Below, piece by piece: positions 48,984 to 58,930 of a stretch of 64,000 bases of DNA. How positions within the stretch are numbered: position 1 is the stretch's first letter; the number at the start of each line of letters is the position of its first letter. The notes under the pieces were generated by a model. The model worked only from the letters and a program-made list of their open reading frames with translations, did not search any database and was not told where the DNA came from. The position numbers were made by a program, and so were the translations under genes. Origin of the DNA: Candidatus Heimdallarchaeum aukensis (GTDB lineage Archaea; Asgardarchaeota; Heimdallarchaeia; Heimdallarchaeales; Heimdallarchaeaceae); NCBI GenBank assembly GCA_021513695.1, contig CP084166.1:2368001-2432000 (forward strand), in the 5' to 3' direction.

Positions 48984-49658
48984 TTACTGTGCTTCTTGGG
49001 GAACAGATACTTGTTTTTCTGCTTTAGATAATTGAATTGTTCCATAGATGAAACGTTGGATAACTGTTATGACACATAAACCTGTAAGAATCATGTAACC
49101 AATATAGAAGTATGTTCCGTGAGAAAAATTACCTATAGTGAAGAATGGGTTATCCTTAAAAGTTGGAATAAACAGGGAGATCACCATCAAGAAGAACAAG
49201 AATAGCAGCCTTTCACTTCTCTCCATCAAACCAACAGCCATTTTTTCTATTCCTATACTTTCACCTTTTGCACGAATATAGCTTATAAGTAAAGTAGAAG
49301 TAACCATTATTATACCTGTTACTAGATCTACATGAATGCTAAGTGCAACTCCTCCAAAAATTGCCAAGTCACTTATTCTATCTACAATGCTATCTAGAAA
49401 ACCACCTTTTCTTGTTGCGAGCCCTCTGTATCTAGCAACTCCTCCATCCAAGAAGTCCATAGCTGCACCAAACATGAGTAAAATTACAGCTGTAAGAAAA
49501 TTGTCTAAATAAATGAATACACCTGCAGCAATAGACAATAATACTCCTAAATAAGTGAAGACGTTAGGGTGGATTCCTAGTTTTCCAAAAAAAACAACAA
49601 TTGGCATTAGTATTTTAGTAACAGGTTCTCGTATTTGACTTGATACCATAATCTTCAT
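48984..49658 (-). CDS. CDP-alcohol phosphatidyltransferase family protein (archaeal phospholipid head-group synthase)
   Basis: DFLDGGVARYRGLATRKGGFLDSIVDRISD matches D-G-x2-A-R-x8-G-x3-D-x3-D. Polytopic membrane protein. Confidence 0.8.
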   Translation of the reverse strand: MKIMVSSQIREPVTKILMPIVVFFGKLGIHPNVFTYLGVLLSIAAGVFIYLDNFLTAVILLMFGAAMDFLDGGVARYRGLATRKGGFLDSIVDRISDLAIFGGVALSIHVDLVTGIIMVTSTLLISYIRAKGESIGIEKMAVGLMERSERLLFLFFLMVISLFIPTFKDNPFFTIGNFSHGTYFYIGYMILTGLCVITVIQRFIYGTIQLSKAEKQVSVPQEAQ

Positions 49659-49785
49659 ATTTCGTTAAGGAGAGTAGCAATTTAAACTTATCGCAACAAA
49701 ACATTATGCTTTTTTTTCTGTCTGTAATACACAATATTACATAACTACTAATATTTGCCGACAAAAATAATACTAGGGGAAAAAG

Positions 49786-50151
49786 ATGAGAGAAGAGTTA
49801 ACTGATTCAGAGATAAGTAGCTTCTTACAAAGATATGGAAAAGTTCGTTCTTTATCTTTGCCTAAGCAGAAGCTTAGTAGCAACATTTTACCTTATGAGG
49901 TAGAAAATGAAAATCAAAAATTTGCAGTTTTTGTGTATAATTGGAAAAAAAGTATAGGTACAGATGTACTTATAAGACTAGAAGACAAGGTTGCTGATTT
50001 GGGAAAGAAATATGATGGTATCATAGTTATCGGAAAAAAGTTCAGTGTAAATGCAAGAGATATTGTAGATGATATAAACAGAAGAGGAAAGAATCCTTTG
50101 ATTTTGATCCGGCGCTCTGAGATTTCTATGATCTTGGATTCAGCAAGATAA
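49786..50151 (+). CDS. Hypothetical protein (possible PD-(D/E)xK-like fold, speculative)
   Basis: 121 aa. GTDVLIRLEDKV could be a D…E-x-K motif. Weak. Confidence 0.3.
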   Translation: MREELTDSEISSFLQRYGKVRSLSLPKQKLSSNILPYEVENENQKFAVFVYNWKKSIGTDVLIRLEDKVADLGKKYDGIIVIGKKFSVNARDIVDDINRRGKNPLILIRRSEISMILDSAR

Positions 50152-50186
50152 AAAATAATCTCTCTTAAAAAAGAAAGAGGAATTAT

Positions 50187-50474
50187 TTATTGTCTTTTCC
50201 TGAGCTCTAATCTCTCTTTGTCTCTTTTTTCCTCCACTTCATCTGAAGAATACTTTGTTTGTGTATATACTGATCTTTGCACAATAAGCATTATTCCTAA
50301 TCCTAATACTCCTAGTGAAATAAAGAATAGAATATCTGTTGCTGTTGCTTGAGAGATAATTAGTAAAACTACTCCCAGTGTTGCAGTAGAATAAGCCACA
50401 ATACTGTAAATCAAATTTTTTCTTTTCTTTTTTTCTTGTTCCTCTGAAATATCGTTTTTTCCTTTTGACTTCAT
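50187..50474 (-). CDS. Small membrane protein, hypothetical
   Basis: 95 aa, two TM helices, C-terminal charged region. Confidence 0.35.
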   Translation of the reverse strand: MKSKGKNDISEEQEKKKRKNLIYSIVAYSTATLGVVLLIISQATATDILFFISLGVLGLGIMLIVQRSVYTQTKYSSDEVEEKRDKERLELRKRQ

Positions 50475-50614
50475 TGTTTTTCAACTTTGTTCTAATTTTA
50501 AAAGTATTTCTTATTATATTCAAAAAAAATATTCGAAAAAATTCTACGTTTAAAGTGGGTATCTTCTTTCAAGAAAAATAAAATAGAAAGTTCAATAAAA
50601 AAAATGATTGACCA

Positions 50615-50995
50615 TTAAAAATCATAAACCCAATTTGTTTCGGGAATGTACAGCAAATTTAAGATAAGTGTCCATACTGCTATAGTTACAATAAAAAACT
50701 GAAAGATTGCAGAAGTATAAAATGATTTAGTTTTAAGTCCAGTATTTTTGTTTCTATAAATTAAAAACCAAACTGAAGATGTTAATAGAAATACTCCAAG
50801 TAATGTAAGTCCTGCTGGCCAGTTTCTAAAATTAGTTACACCAAAGATTATTCCTGTAACTATTCCCACTAAAACTTTTGAATAGTACATTTTATTTGTT
50901 AAAGGCATTTCTTTAATCTTTTCTAACCAGTTGACGGGATTCAAATTGTTTTTAACTTTATTCTTAATTTTGTTCATATCAATATTCAAACTCAT
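50615..50995 (-). CDS. Small membrane protein, hypothetical
   Basis: 126 aa, 3 TM helices. Confidence 0.35.
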   Translation of the reverse strand: MSLNIDMNKIKNKVKNNLNPVNWLEKIKEMPLTNKMYYSKVLVGIVTGIIFGVTNFRNWPAGLTLLGVFLLTSSVWFLIYRNKNTGLKTKSFYTSAIFQFFIVTIAVWTLILNLLYIPETNWVYDF

Positions 50996-51011
50996 TCACC
51001 CAGGTGTTAAT

Positions 51012-53027
51012 ATGAAATCATCATTAACTTCATTAGATATCAATTGTCTTGTTGAGGAACTGAGACCCGAAATTATCGGCAGTTGGCTCAATAACGTCTA
51101 TAACATTGGAGAGAAATTACTTATTTTAAAGTTTCGAAAGTCTAGCAAAATTAATTTTGAGCTTATTATTGAACTAGGAAAAAGGTTTCATATAACAAAA
51201 TATGCCCGAAGTAAACCACCTGCTCCGAACAACAAGGTAGCAATGATGCGTAAACATATAAAAGGACTTCCTGTTGATGATTTTTATCAAATTGGTTTAG
51301 ATAGAATTATAGTATTTGAGATAGCTTACAAAGATTCACATTATAAGCTAGTTATTGAGTTGTTTGGAGAGGGGAATTACATTCTAGTAGATCCTGCAAA
51401 CAGGATATTGGTTGCTCAAACATATAGAAAAATGCGAGATAGAGATATTCATCCCGGAAAAGAGTTTTTCTTACCTCCACAACAAGAAAAAGATATTCTT
51501 TCAATTAGTAAGGACGATATTCTGGAATCTCTATCAAGTAAAGAAGAAAAAATCATCCCACTTCTCAATAAACTTTTAGGGTTAGGCCCTAAATATTCAA
51601 AAAATATTCTGGATAAGGCAAAAATCAATAACAAGGTAACAACTGAGTTAACCACCAACGAAAAAGAGTCACTCATAAAAGAAATACTAGAATTAAAGAA
51701 AATAATAGAAGAAAAAAGATATTCTCCTGTTGAGTATTTTGATGGTGAAGAAGTTATTGATATATCGCCTATTCCAATAGAGAAGTATAATGATTTAGAA
51801 AAAAAAGAACTAGATTCATTTAATGATGCTCTAGATGACTTTTTCACTGAAAATGAAGAGACACCAGAGTTCGAGAAAACAGAAGGAAAAATAAAGAGTA
51901 CTCAGTCAAAACATGAAAAAATTCTCCAGAATCAAATTGAACATAAGAAAAAACTAGAATTACAAGAGGAGTTAGAAAGAAAAAAAGGTGATTTACTATA
52001 TGCTCACTTCTCATTAGTTGATGAATTGCTAAACACCATTATAAAAGCGAGGAAAAATAATGTTCCTTGGTCTGAAATAGAGAAAAAAATGGATGAAGCA
52101 AAAAAGAAGAATATTCCTGCAGCATTAATCTTACACAAGATCAACCCTAAAACAAAAGAAATATGGGTAAAATTGGAAGATTTAGAAACTGGAGAAAATG
52201 AAATAATTGTACTAGATTTCACTCTTTCTGTTGCCGATAATGCGAATAAATTTTATGAAAAAAGTAAGAAGGCAAGGAGAAAAATACCAGGGGCCATCCA
52301 AGCAATAGAACGAACAAAACAACAAATTGAGAAAATGAAAGAGAAAGGAGAGCAACTTCTTACTGAAAAAGAAACTAGAAAAATGGTTGAAAAACGTCCA
52401 AAACGATGGTTCGAAAAATTTCACTGGTTTTTATGCGATGACACTGTAATCGTTGGAGGAAAAGATGCTAAATCCAATGAAAGATTACTTAAAACTTATC
52501 TGGAAGACGATGATCTCTTTTTCCATGCAGATGTGCATGGAGCCCCTTATGTTATAGCTAAAGACGGTAGGAAAAAACTCTCTGATGAATGTGTTAAAGA
52601 AATAGCAGCTTTTGCTCTATCGTTCTCAAGTTTGTGGAAAGCAAAAAAATTAGTGGGCGATGTCTATTACGTAAATCCTGATCAAGTGAGCCTAAGTGCT
52701 CCTTCTGGACAATATCTGGCTAAAGGAAGTGTAATGATATATGGAGAAAAGAATTATGTTAAGAATGTGGAAGTCAATCATGTGTTGGGATTAATCATTC
52801 ATGAAAACTACGCTCAGGTAATTGGAGGACCTATGAGAAGTGTTGACAATAAAACTGACATGATAATAAGATTAAAACCTGGCGAAATTAGTAAAGGAAA
52901 AATAGCAAAAATAATAAAGCAAAAGTTTATTGAGATGTGTCCAGAAGAAGATAAGTACAAAGTTGAAGCTCTTGATATTAATGAAATAATGGACTTCATT
53001 CCTGGAGATTCAGAGATAATAGAATAA
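51012..53027 (+). CDS. NFACT family protein (Rqc2/NEMF/FbpA homolog; ribosome-quality-control-like)
   Basis: NFACT-N region (…VYNIGEKLLILKF…), central coiled coil. NFACT-R/DUF814 segment WFEKFHWFLCDDTVIVGGKDAKSNERLL…FFHADVHGAPYVIAK. ATG at 51012 is preferred over the TTG at 50931. Confidence 0.75.
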   Translation: MKSSLTSLDINCLVEELRPEIIGSWLNNVYNIGEKLLILKFRKSSKINFELIIELGKRFHITKYARSKPPAPNNKVAMMRKHIKGLPVDDFYQIGLDRIIVFEIAYKDSHYKLVIELFGEGNYILVDPANRILVAQTYRKMRDRDIHPGKEFFLPPQQEKDILSISKDDILESLSSKEEKIIPLLNKLLGLGPKYSKNILDKAKINNKVTTELTTNEKESLIKEILELKKIIEEKRYSPVEYFDGEEVIDISPIPIEKYNDLEKKELDSFNDALDDFFTENEETPEFEKTEGKIKSTQSKHEKILQNQIEHKKKLELQEELERKKGDLLYAHFSLVDELLNTIIKARKNNVPWSEIEKKMDEAKKKNIPAALILHKINPKTKEIWVKLEDLETGENEIIVLDFTLSVADNANKFYEKSKKARRKIPGAIQAIERTKQQIEKMKEKGEQLLTEKETRKMVEKRPKRWFEKFHWFLCDDTVIVGGKDAKSNERLLKTYLEDDDLFFHADVHGAPYVIAKDGRKKLSDECVKEIAAFALSFSSLWKAKKLVGDVYYVNPDQVSLSAPSGQYLAKGSVMIYGEKNYVKNVEVNHVLGLIIHENYAQVIGGPMRSVDNKTDMIIRLKPGEISKGKIAKIIKQKFIEMCPEEDKYKVEALDINEIMDFIPGDSEIIE

Positions 53028-53257
53028 ATAATTTCTAGAATTACATAAAAAGTGTTCAGAGAATTAGATTAGAATAATAATAATAACATTTCTATCAACT
53101 TCCTTCTCTTTTTTTATAATGTTTTTTTGATTTAATTTAGATTTTATGCATTAAGTCCTAAAACAAGTACAAAATATTGCTAAATATGTTTTAACTAAAA
53201 AACAGACAATATGTTGTAGATATTACATGAGATTAAAATTATTATTCGAATAATTAG

Positions 53258-54538
53258 TTGGTGAGTCCTATCACTCAAAAGAAGAAATGCCCTGTATGTG
53301 GATATGTGACAAAAGATCATCGTTTAATGAATTGTCCTAATTGTGGAACAGAGCTTATTTTAGATGTTGTTCTTCCAAGCCTAAATGTTCAGGATTCTTT
53401 TTTTGATATACAAGGAAACGAGTTAAAAGAAACACATAATCTAGGGAACAATAGTAAAAAAATTGACCAACCAGCTTGGCAAATAATGGATCAGGAAGGT
53501 GGAGCGACACAATATCCACTATTTGTAAAAAAGGAAGTAAATCTGTATCCTGTAATTCAAATACCCAGAGTTTCATTTGATTTTTTTAAGCAATATAGAG
53601 TTATATATCTAATTCTAATTTCAATACTCTCAATGTTACAATCAGCTTCTTTTTTGTTCCTAATATCGAGTTTATATGTCATGTTAAATCGAATTAAGTC
53701 GTCTAGCGCTGTTTCTATTATTCCATTTTTACTAGTAGGATTAATCTGTTATTCACTATTTTCTTATTTACAATTTAAATTTATATTTCATATAAAGCAA
53801 AAAAACTTCCCAGAAAGAATATTAGAAAAAGATTCTTCCTTTACTAGTTTTGTTCTAATTAATGCTTTACAATTGTTATTTTCCGCTATTCTCTTAGGAG
53901 TAATTTTCTTATTAATAGCAAAATCGGGAGCAAATATTGAGAAACCAATTATTTCTCAACTTATGTTGGGATTAGGGCTTCTACTAATTGTTCCATTGTT
54001 ACTAGTCTTTAGAACAGCAAAAATTTTAAGCTTGATGAGGAAAACAGGGATCTTTCAAAACATGTACGATGCCATTCAATTTTCAAAATTTTCATTAAGA
54101 AGGGGATACGGGATTCTCTTTGTAAGTATATTATTACCTATTTTCATAGTTACTCTTGGGGTCGGATCTATAACTACATGTTTATCTTCTCTTTTCAGAA
54201 TTTCTGGTTACACAGTGTCAGTATTGCATATTGTTACTACTGTATTTTTACTTATATTGGTGTCTGGATTATTCCTTATTTCAAATAATGAAGATGTTGA
54301 TATTTTGTCCATCTATGAATCATACTTGTTTGCTTTCTCCGTTCCACCTAAAATAACTTGGTTAAATAAAGAAACCAATATCGAAAGCTCGAAAGAAGAA
54401 AAACAAGAATTTGAAGATTTATTTAATCTAGACAATGTTGACTCTTTAGTTGAAGTAAAGTACTGCCCAGTTTGTTCAAGTAAATTACCTGATGATGTTG
54501 ACTATTGTGTGAGCTGTGGTCACCCTCTAAGAGAATGA
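53258..54538 (+). CDS. Polytopic membrane protein bracketed by N- and C-terminal zinc ribbons, hypothetical
   Basis: N-terminal CPVCGY…CPNCG. About 8 TM helices. C-terminal CPVCSS…CVSCGHPL. Confidence 0.45.
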   Translation: MVSPITQKKKCPVCGYVTKDHRLMNCPNCGTELILDVVLPSLNVQDSFFDIQGNELKETHNLGNNSKKIDQPAWQIMDQEGGATQYPLFVKKEVNLYPVIQIPRVSFDFFKQYRVIYLILISILSMLQSASFLFLISSLYVMLNRIKSSSAVSIIPFLLVGLICYSLFSYLQFKFIFHIKQKNFPERILEKDSSFTSFVLINALQLLFSAILLGVIFLLIAKSGANIEKPIISQLMLGLGLLLIVPLLLVFRTAKILSLMRKTGIFQNMYDAIQFSKFSLRRGYGILFVSILLPIFIVTLGVGSITTCLSSLFRISGYTVSVLHIVTTVFLLILVSGLFLISNNEDVDILSIYESYLFAFSVPPKITWLNKETNIESSKEEKQEFEDLFNLDNVDSLVEVKYCPVCSSKLPDDVDYCVSCGHPLRE

Positions 54539-54567
54539 GAAAAGGATAATAAAAGATGAATTTTCTC

Positions 54568-55305
54568 TCACTTGAATTTTTTTACGAGTTGTTTTAGAAT
54601 TGTTTGTATTGTTTCTATTTTTTCTTCTATTTTCTCCACTCTTTTAACAAGCTTATTGAATTCGTCAGCTGATACTTCTACTTCTCCAGAGACTGATTCC
54701 ATCATCGATTCTTTAATATCTATAATTCCAGGAGCAAGTTCTTTTTTCTTTGTTACTTTAACGTTATTTGCTTCGAGAAGTGTGTAAGCCAAGAAATCAA
54801 ACGTTTCTTGGATATTTTGTCCTGTTAATGCCGATGTTTCACTATAGTAGAAGTTTATTCCCGTTTCAGTCATTAGTCTCTGACAAAATTCTATAGCCAT
54901 TTTCTGTGATACTCTCCTATTTTCTGGAGGAAGATCGATCTTATTAGCTATTACAAAGTAAACTAGAATTCCAGAATTTGAACCTTCAATACTCTCTTCT
55001 AGCCATGTTCGTAGATTAGTCATTGTTTGTTGATCTTGGATATCAAATACCAACAAAGCAGCTATAGCTCCTTTATAAAAAGTTGACCTAACAGCTGAAT
55101 AGCTATCTTGTCCTGCAAGATCCCATATCTGAAAAGTGATGTCATTGTCTTCTACTTTTACTTTTTTTGAAGCAAAGTCAGCCCCAATTGTTTTAAGATA
55201 GTCTCCTGTAAATCCTTTTCCCATATATCTCTCTCTAATAGAGGTCTTTCCTACTGCTCCATCTCCAGCCAATACAATTTTAAAATTCCATTTTTTTCCT
55301 GTCAA
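54568..55305 (-). CDS. Rab/Ras-like small GTPase with a C-terminal coiled-coil extension
   Basis: G1 GDGAVGKTS, switch I YLKTIGADF, G3 WDLAGQ, G4 ANKID, G5 ETSAL. TTG start. K/E-rich tail, no CAAX. Confidence 0.8.
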   Translation of the reverse strand: MTGKKWNFKIVLAGDGAVGKTSIRERYMGKGFTGDYLKTIGADFASKKVKVEDNDITFQIWDLAGQDSYSAVRSTFYKGAIAALLVFDIQDQQTMTNLRTWLEESIEGSNSGILVYFVIANKIDLPPENRRVSQKMAIEFCQRLMTETGINFYYSETSALTGQNIQETFDFLAYTLLEANNVKVTKKKELAPGIIDIKESMMESVSGEVEVSADEFNKLVKRVEKIEEKIETIQTILKQLVKKFK

Positions 55306-55309
55306 GATT

Positions 55310-55996
55310 TCACCCTTGTTGTTTGTATTTAGCTAATTCTTCTTCTAGCTCATCTATTCTTCTCTGAGCTTCAAGTAATCTCTTTTGGAATGTTTCTCCT
55401 ACTTCCTGCTGAGTTCTTTCAAAGTGTGCTTTTGCTTCTTCTAACTCTTTCCTCATTTTTTCTCTTTCCTCACGAGCTTTCTTTATTTCTTCACTCTCAC
55501 GAACTGTTTGAACAGCCTTTTTGAGCAATGTTTCCAAGTCATCTTTTGAAACATCAAAATTTGAGGAAGTAAGCATCTTTAGAGCGTTAAATTCATCAGC
55601 AGAGATTGTAGGTCTACTTTTCATTAGGTCTTCAACCTTCTCTTGTAGAGCTTTTTTCTCGATAAGTAGATCAGAAACCTGTGCTTTCAGTTGTCTATTT
55701 TCTTCACTTAATTGAGTAGAATTTTGTGTTTCAATATCAAGTGATCTTCTAAGATGTTCAATCTCATCAGAACTTTCTCCTAATTGCTTTATGTATCGAA
55801 CTAGCATAACTATATATTCACGCAAAAGAGGATGGATTAAATGCCAATATTGATGGATTTCTCGTTCAATATCAGATAATCTCGGATCTTTCATGTTTGG
55901 AGGGAGTTTTACAAAAACAGGGTTTTCAACATCAATTTGGGGATAATACTCTGGAATATAATTGTAGATTGTTTCTCCTTTATACTTTTTAAACAT
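55310..55996 (-). CDS. Coiled-coil protein encoded immediately upstream of the small GTPase, 5 bp gap (possible regulator or effector)
   Basis: 228 aa. N-terminal globular about 90 aa, then a long heptad-rich E/K/L/Q region. Confidence 0.4.
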   Translation of the reverse strand: MFKKYKGETIYNYIPEYYPQIDVENPVFVKLPPNMKDPRLSDIEREIHQYWHLIHPLLREYIVMLVRYIKQLGESSDEIEHLRRSLDIETQNSTQLSEENRQLKAQVSDLLIEKKALQEKVEDLMKSRPTISADEFNALKMLTSSNFDVSKDDLETLLKKAVQTVRESEEIKKAREEREKMRKELEEAKAHFERTQQEVGETFQKRLLEAQRRIDELEEELAKYKQQG

Positions 55997-56160
55997 AGTT
56001 TAACCTCACTTTTTTAATCAATTATATGTATCAATTACATTTAATAAAAGTTTTATGTCAAAGGAAAAACTAATGAAAGTTAAATTGAGAATGTTTTTTA
56101 AAGTTAGTTAGTAATTCTAAGTAGGCCTAAATAATTTACAAATCTACGATTGTGAAAGAA

Positions 56161-57576
56161 ATGAGTGAAGAAAATAAAGAACAGTTTTTTGAGTTAGTGA
56201 AAGAGATAGATGAGATTGTTTTCCAACACATGAAAGATAAAGCTACATCAATAGAGTTTAAACAAGTCTTAAAAAAAGAAAAAAGTGATATTAAACCTAT
56301 TAATTCAATACTTGATGCAGAAAATGAGGAAACAGAGATATCATCAGTTATGGATAATATAGGTATTAATACAAAAAAGGCAAATATTCTTGAAGAAGAG
56401 CAGTTGTTATTAGAAGAAGCAGAGGAAAATAAAATATTTTTACAATTAAAGGACAAGTATCCTGACTATAATATCTATATAAAGCAGATATATTGTTCAA
56501 GTAGCTATCAAGAGGACAGAGTAATTCAGCTTTTACAAAAAGATCTAACCTCGCTCAAAGACATACGAATTAAGAAAAGTGAGATCAAGTTTTTTCCATT
56601 TTTATTGCATAATATTAAGTTTGTATTAGAAAAACCATTTTCTATTAGTTTTTACGATTATGAAATCCCTATCTATAGAACTTTACAAGAAGAAAAACTG
56701 CGTTTTTATCCAATAGGAGAATATCCTTTTGAAGAAAGAGAGAAAATTTTTGAAAATAAGTGGATTCCACTAATAAGTAGTTTGCAACACTCATTAATAA
56801 AATCAATTAATGATGGAAAGTTAGCTGAAAAGAGAGTAGAAAGAATAGATAAAAAAAATATTTCACCTGTTGATTTTAGTAAATTACAAGAATCAATCAG
56901 TGCTTCTATAGATAGTGCAAAGAAAGCTTTTTCAAATCCTAATAAAGAAAACACGTCTAATTTTGAAACATTTTGGCAGAATGAGAAACAGTTCAACAAT
57001 GCTATATTACAATTAAAAAAACAGTTAGTAAATATAGAGCATGAGTTAAAAGAAGAAGATGATAGGATAAAAGAAGAGTATCTAGAATTAAAGAAAAAAC
57101 AAGTAAAATTGAATAAAGAAGCAAAAATGTATAAGCAACTTGAAAATCAAGGAATAAAAATTGAACGAGAAAAAAAAGAAAAAGTTGCAAAGATGTTATC
57201 TGAATTTCAAAGCAAAAAAGAATCAGTTCAGAAAAAACTCTTTGAATTTAAGAAGAAAAAGAACTTGTTGGAGCAACTGACAGAGCTTATTAAAAATAAG
57301 AATATGACTGATTTTGAAAAGAACTTTAGAATGCTCTTCAAGAAAGATGTTGACAATGCATTAGAAGCAATTAAAACAAGCATCGAAGAGCAAGGATCTA
57401 ATATAAATTTAGTTGAAAGTAACCATCTTGAAAAAAATATTAGGTTACATGTTGTTTGGGTTCCAATATTCTTAATAACCTTCAAAGCATCACAAGAGGA
57501 ACGTAAAATAGATGGAAAAGCATTTTATTCAGATTTTGATAATAAAGTCTTCATTATTTCTCCTACCACAAGTTAG
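56161..57576 (+). CDS. Large K/E-rich coiled-coil hypothetical protein
   Basis: About 470 aa, highly charged, long predicted coiled coils. The track ORF starts with a GTG at 56152; the first ATG is at 56161. Confidence 0.4.
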   Translation: MSEENKEQFFELVKEIDEIVFQHMKDKATSIEFKQVLKKEKSDIKPINSILDAENEETEISSVMDNIGINTKKANILEEEQLLLEEAEENKIFLQLKDKYPDYNIYIKQIYCSSSYQEDRVIQLLQKDLTSLKDIRIKKSEIKFFPFLLHNIKFVLEKPFSISFYDYEIPIYRTLQEEKLRFYPIGEYPFEEREKIFENKWIPLISSLQHSLIKSINDGKLAEKRVERIDKKNISPVDFSKLQESISASIDSAKKAFSNPNKENTSNFETFWQNEKQFNNAILQLKKQLVNIEHELKEEDDRIKEEYLELKKKQVKLNKEAKMYKQLENQGIKIEREKKEKVAKMLSEFQSKKESVQKKLFEFKKKKNLLEQLTELIKNKNMTDFEKNFRMLFKKDVDNALEAIKTSIEEQGSNINLVESNHLEKNIRLHVVWVPIFLITFKASQEERKIDGKAFYSDFDNKVFIISPTTS

Positions 57577-57817
57577 ACAATAGTGACTAGATAGCTTTCT
57601 GATTCATTGATTTTTTCTGGATATGTTAGTAATAAGGCTCAAGAGACTAAAACGCAGATATTTCTGAATTCATATTTGATTAAACTTTCGTTCTATTTAT
57701 TAAAAAAATAACAAATTCTTGTGTAAATTAACCATGTGTATATATAATTCAACGTTCTTATCTGAATCTAAAAGTTTAAGAGTTTCTAAACTAGATATTT
57801 TCGTAGACAAAGTGAAA

Positions 57818-58420
57818 ATGATGAAAACGCTTTTCGATAAATCAAAATTCGATATGAAAGTAGAAGAAATTATGACAAAAGGGGTAATTTCTGTTGCCCC
57901 AAAAGCAAGTGCAGAAGTTTGTGCCAAACTAATGATCGATAATAAGATTGGCTCTGTCGTAGTAATAGACAGTAGTAAAAAAATTCTAGGTATCATTACC
58001 AAAGAAAATCTAATTAAACATGTTATAGCACAAAATGCAAGTCCAGAAGAAGTAAAAGCTTTTGAGATAATGTCTGCGCCAGTAATTACAGCTAGAGAGA
58101 CAATAACTATTTCAGAAGCTATGCGAAAAATGTTTAAAGAGAATATCCGCCACTTGGTGATTACTGATTCACAAGGATTTGTAATAGGAATATGTACAGA
58201 TACAGATCTGTTTAAAGTAGTTCCCACTTTAATTCTGATAGAAAAAGAATATTTGCAACTGATGAGAAATGAAGAGGAAGATACTAAAAATGAAGAATTA
58301 GTATCAGGATATTGTGATGACTGTGGAGAATATTCAGATTCACTAATGGAAATTGATGGCCAATTTAAGTGCCCAAGATGTGTCCCAGAAGATATAAACA
58401 TTATGCCACCTGAAATATAG
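57818..58420 (+). CDS. CBS-pair protein with a C-terminal zinc ribbon
   Basis: Two CBS repeats (VEEIMTKGVISVAP…, IMSAPVITARE…HLVITDSQGFVIGICTDTD). C-terminal CDDCGE…CPRC. ATG at 57818 is preferred over the upstream TTG. Confidence 0.6.
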   Translation: MMKTLFDKSKFDMKVEEIMTKGVISVAPKASAEVCAKLMIDNKIGSVVVIDSSKKILGIITKENLIKHVIAQNASPEEVKAFEIMSAPVITARETITISEAMRKMFKENIRHLVITDSQGFVIGICTDTDLFKVVPTLILIEKEYLQLMRNEEEDTKNEELVSGYCDDCGEYSDSLMEIDGQFKCPRCVPEDINIMPPEI

Positions 58421-58447
58421 TCAAAAAATATTCTCTTAAGGGTAGAA

Positions 58448-58930
58448 ATGAAATTCTATGTTGATGCGATGTTTGGAAATCTGTCAAGATTTTTAAGGGT
58501 TTTAGGTTACGATTGCTTGCTACGTTCCAATACTCAAAATACAGATGATTATTTTTGTAAGGTTATAGAAGAAAATAGGATAATCATAACTCGCTCTAGG
58601 GTTCTTTATAACCAAGCTCGCAAAAGAGATATTAAAGCCATTTTCATTAATAAAGAAGGAATTGTAAATATCTTGTGTGAACTGAAAAGGAAAATAAATA
58701 TCAACCTTACTTGTGACCCTAATAATTCCCGTTGTTCAGATTGCAATGGTTTATTAGTTAAAACTGATAAAAACCTTATAAAAAAAGAAGTTAATAGTGG
58801 AACTTTTGAGCACTTTGAAGAGTTCTGGAAATGTAAAAGTTGTGGGAAAATTTATTGGGAAGGAGCTCATTGGGCTGATATAAGGAGAAAAATAAAACAA
58901 GTAAAAGAGTGTGTTGGAAATGAAAATTGA
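58448..58930 (+). CDS. Mut7-C (DUF82) PIN-like RNase domain protein with a C-terminal zinc ribbon
   Basis: N-terminus FYVDAMFGNLSRFLRVLGYD matches the Mut7-C family start (…DxMLGxLARWLRLLGYD). C-terminal CSDCNG…CKSCG. Confidence 0.65.
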   Translation: MKFYVDAMFGNLSRFLRVLGYDCLLRSNTQNTDDYFCKVIEENRIIITRSRVLYNQARKRDIKAIFINKEGIVNILCELKRKININLTCDPNNSRCSDCNGLLVKTDKNLIKKEVNSGTFEHFEEFWKCKSCGKIYWEGAHWADIRRKIKQVKECVGNEN

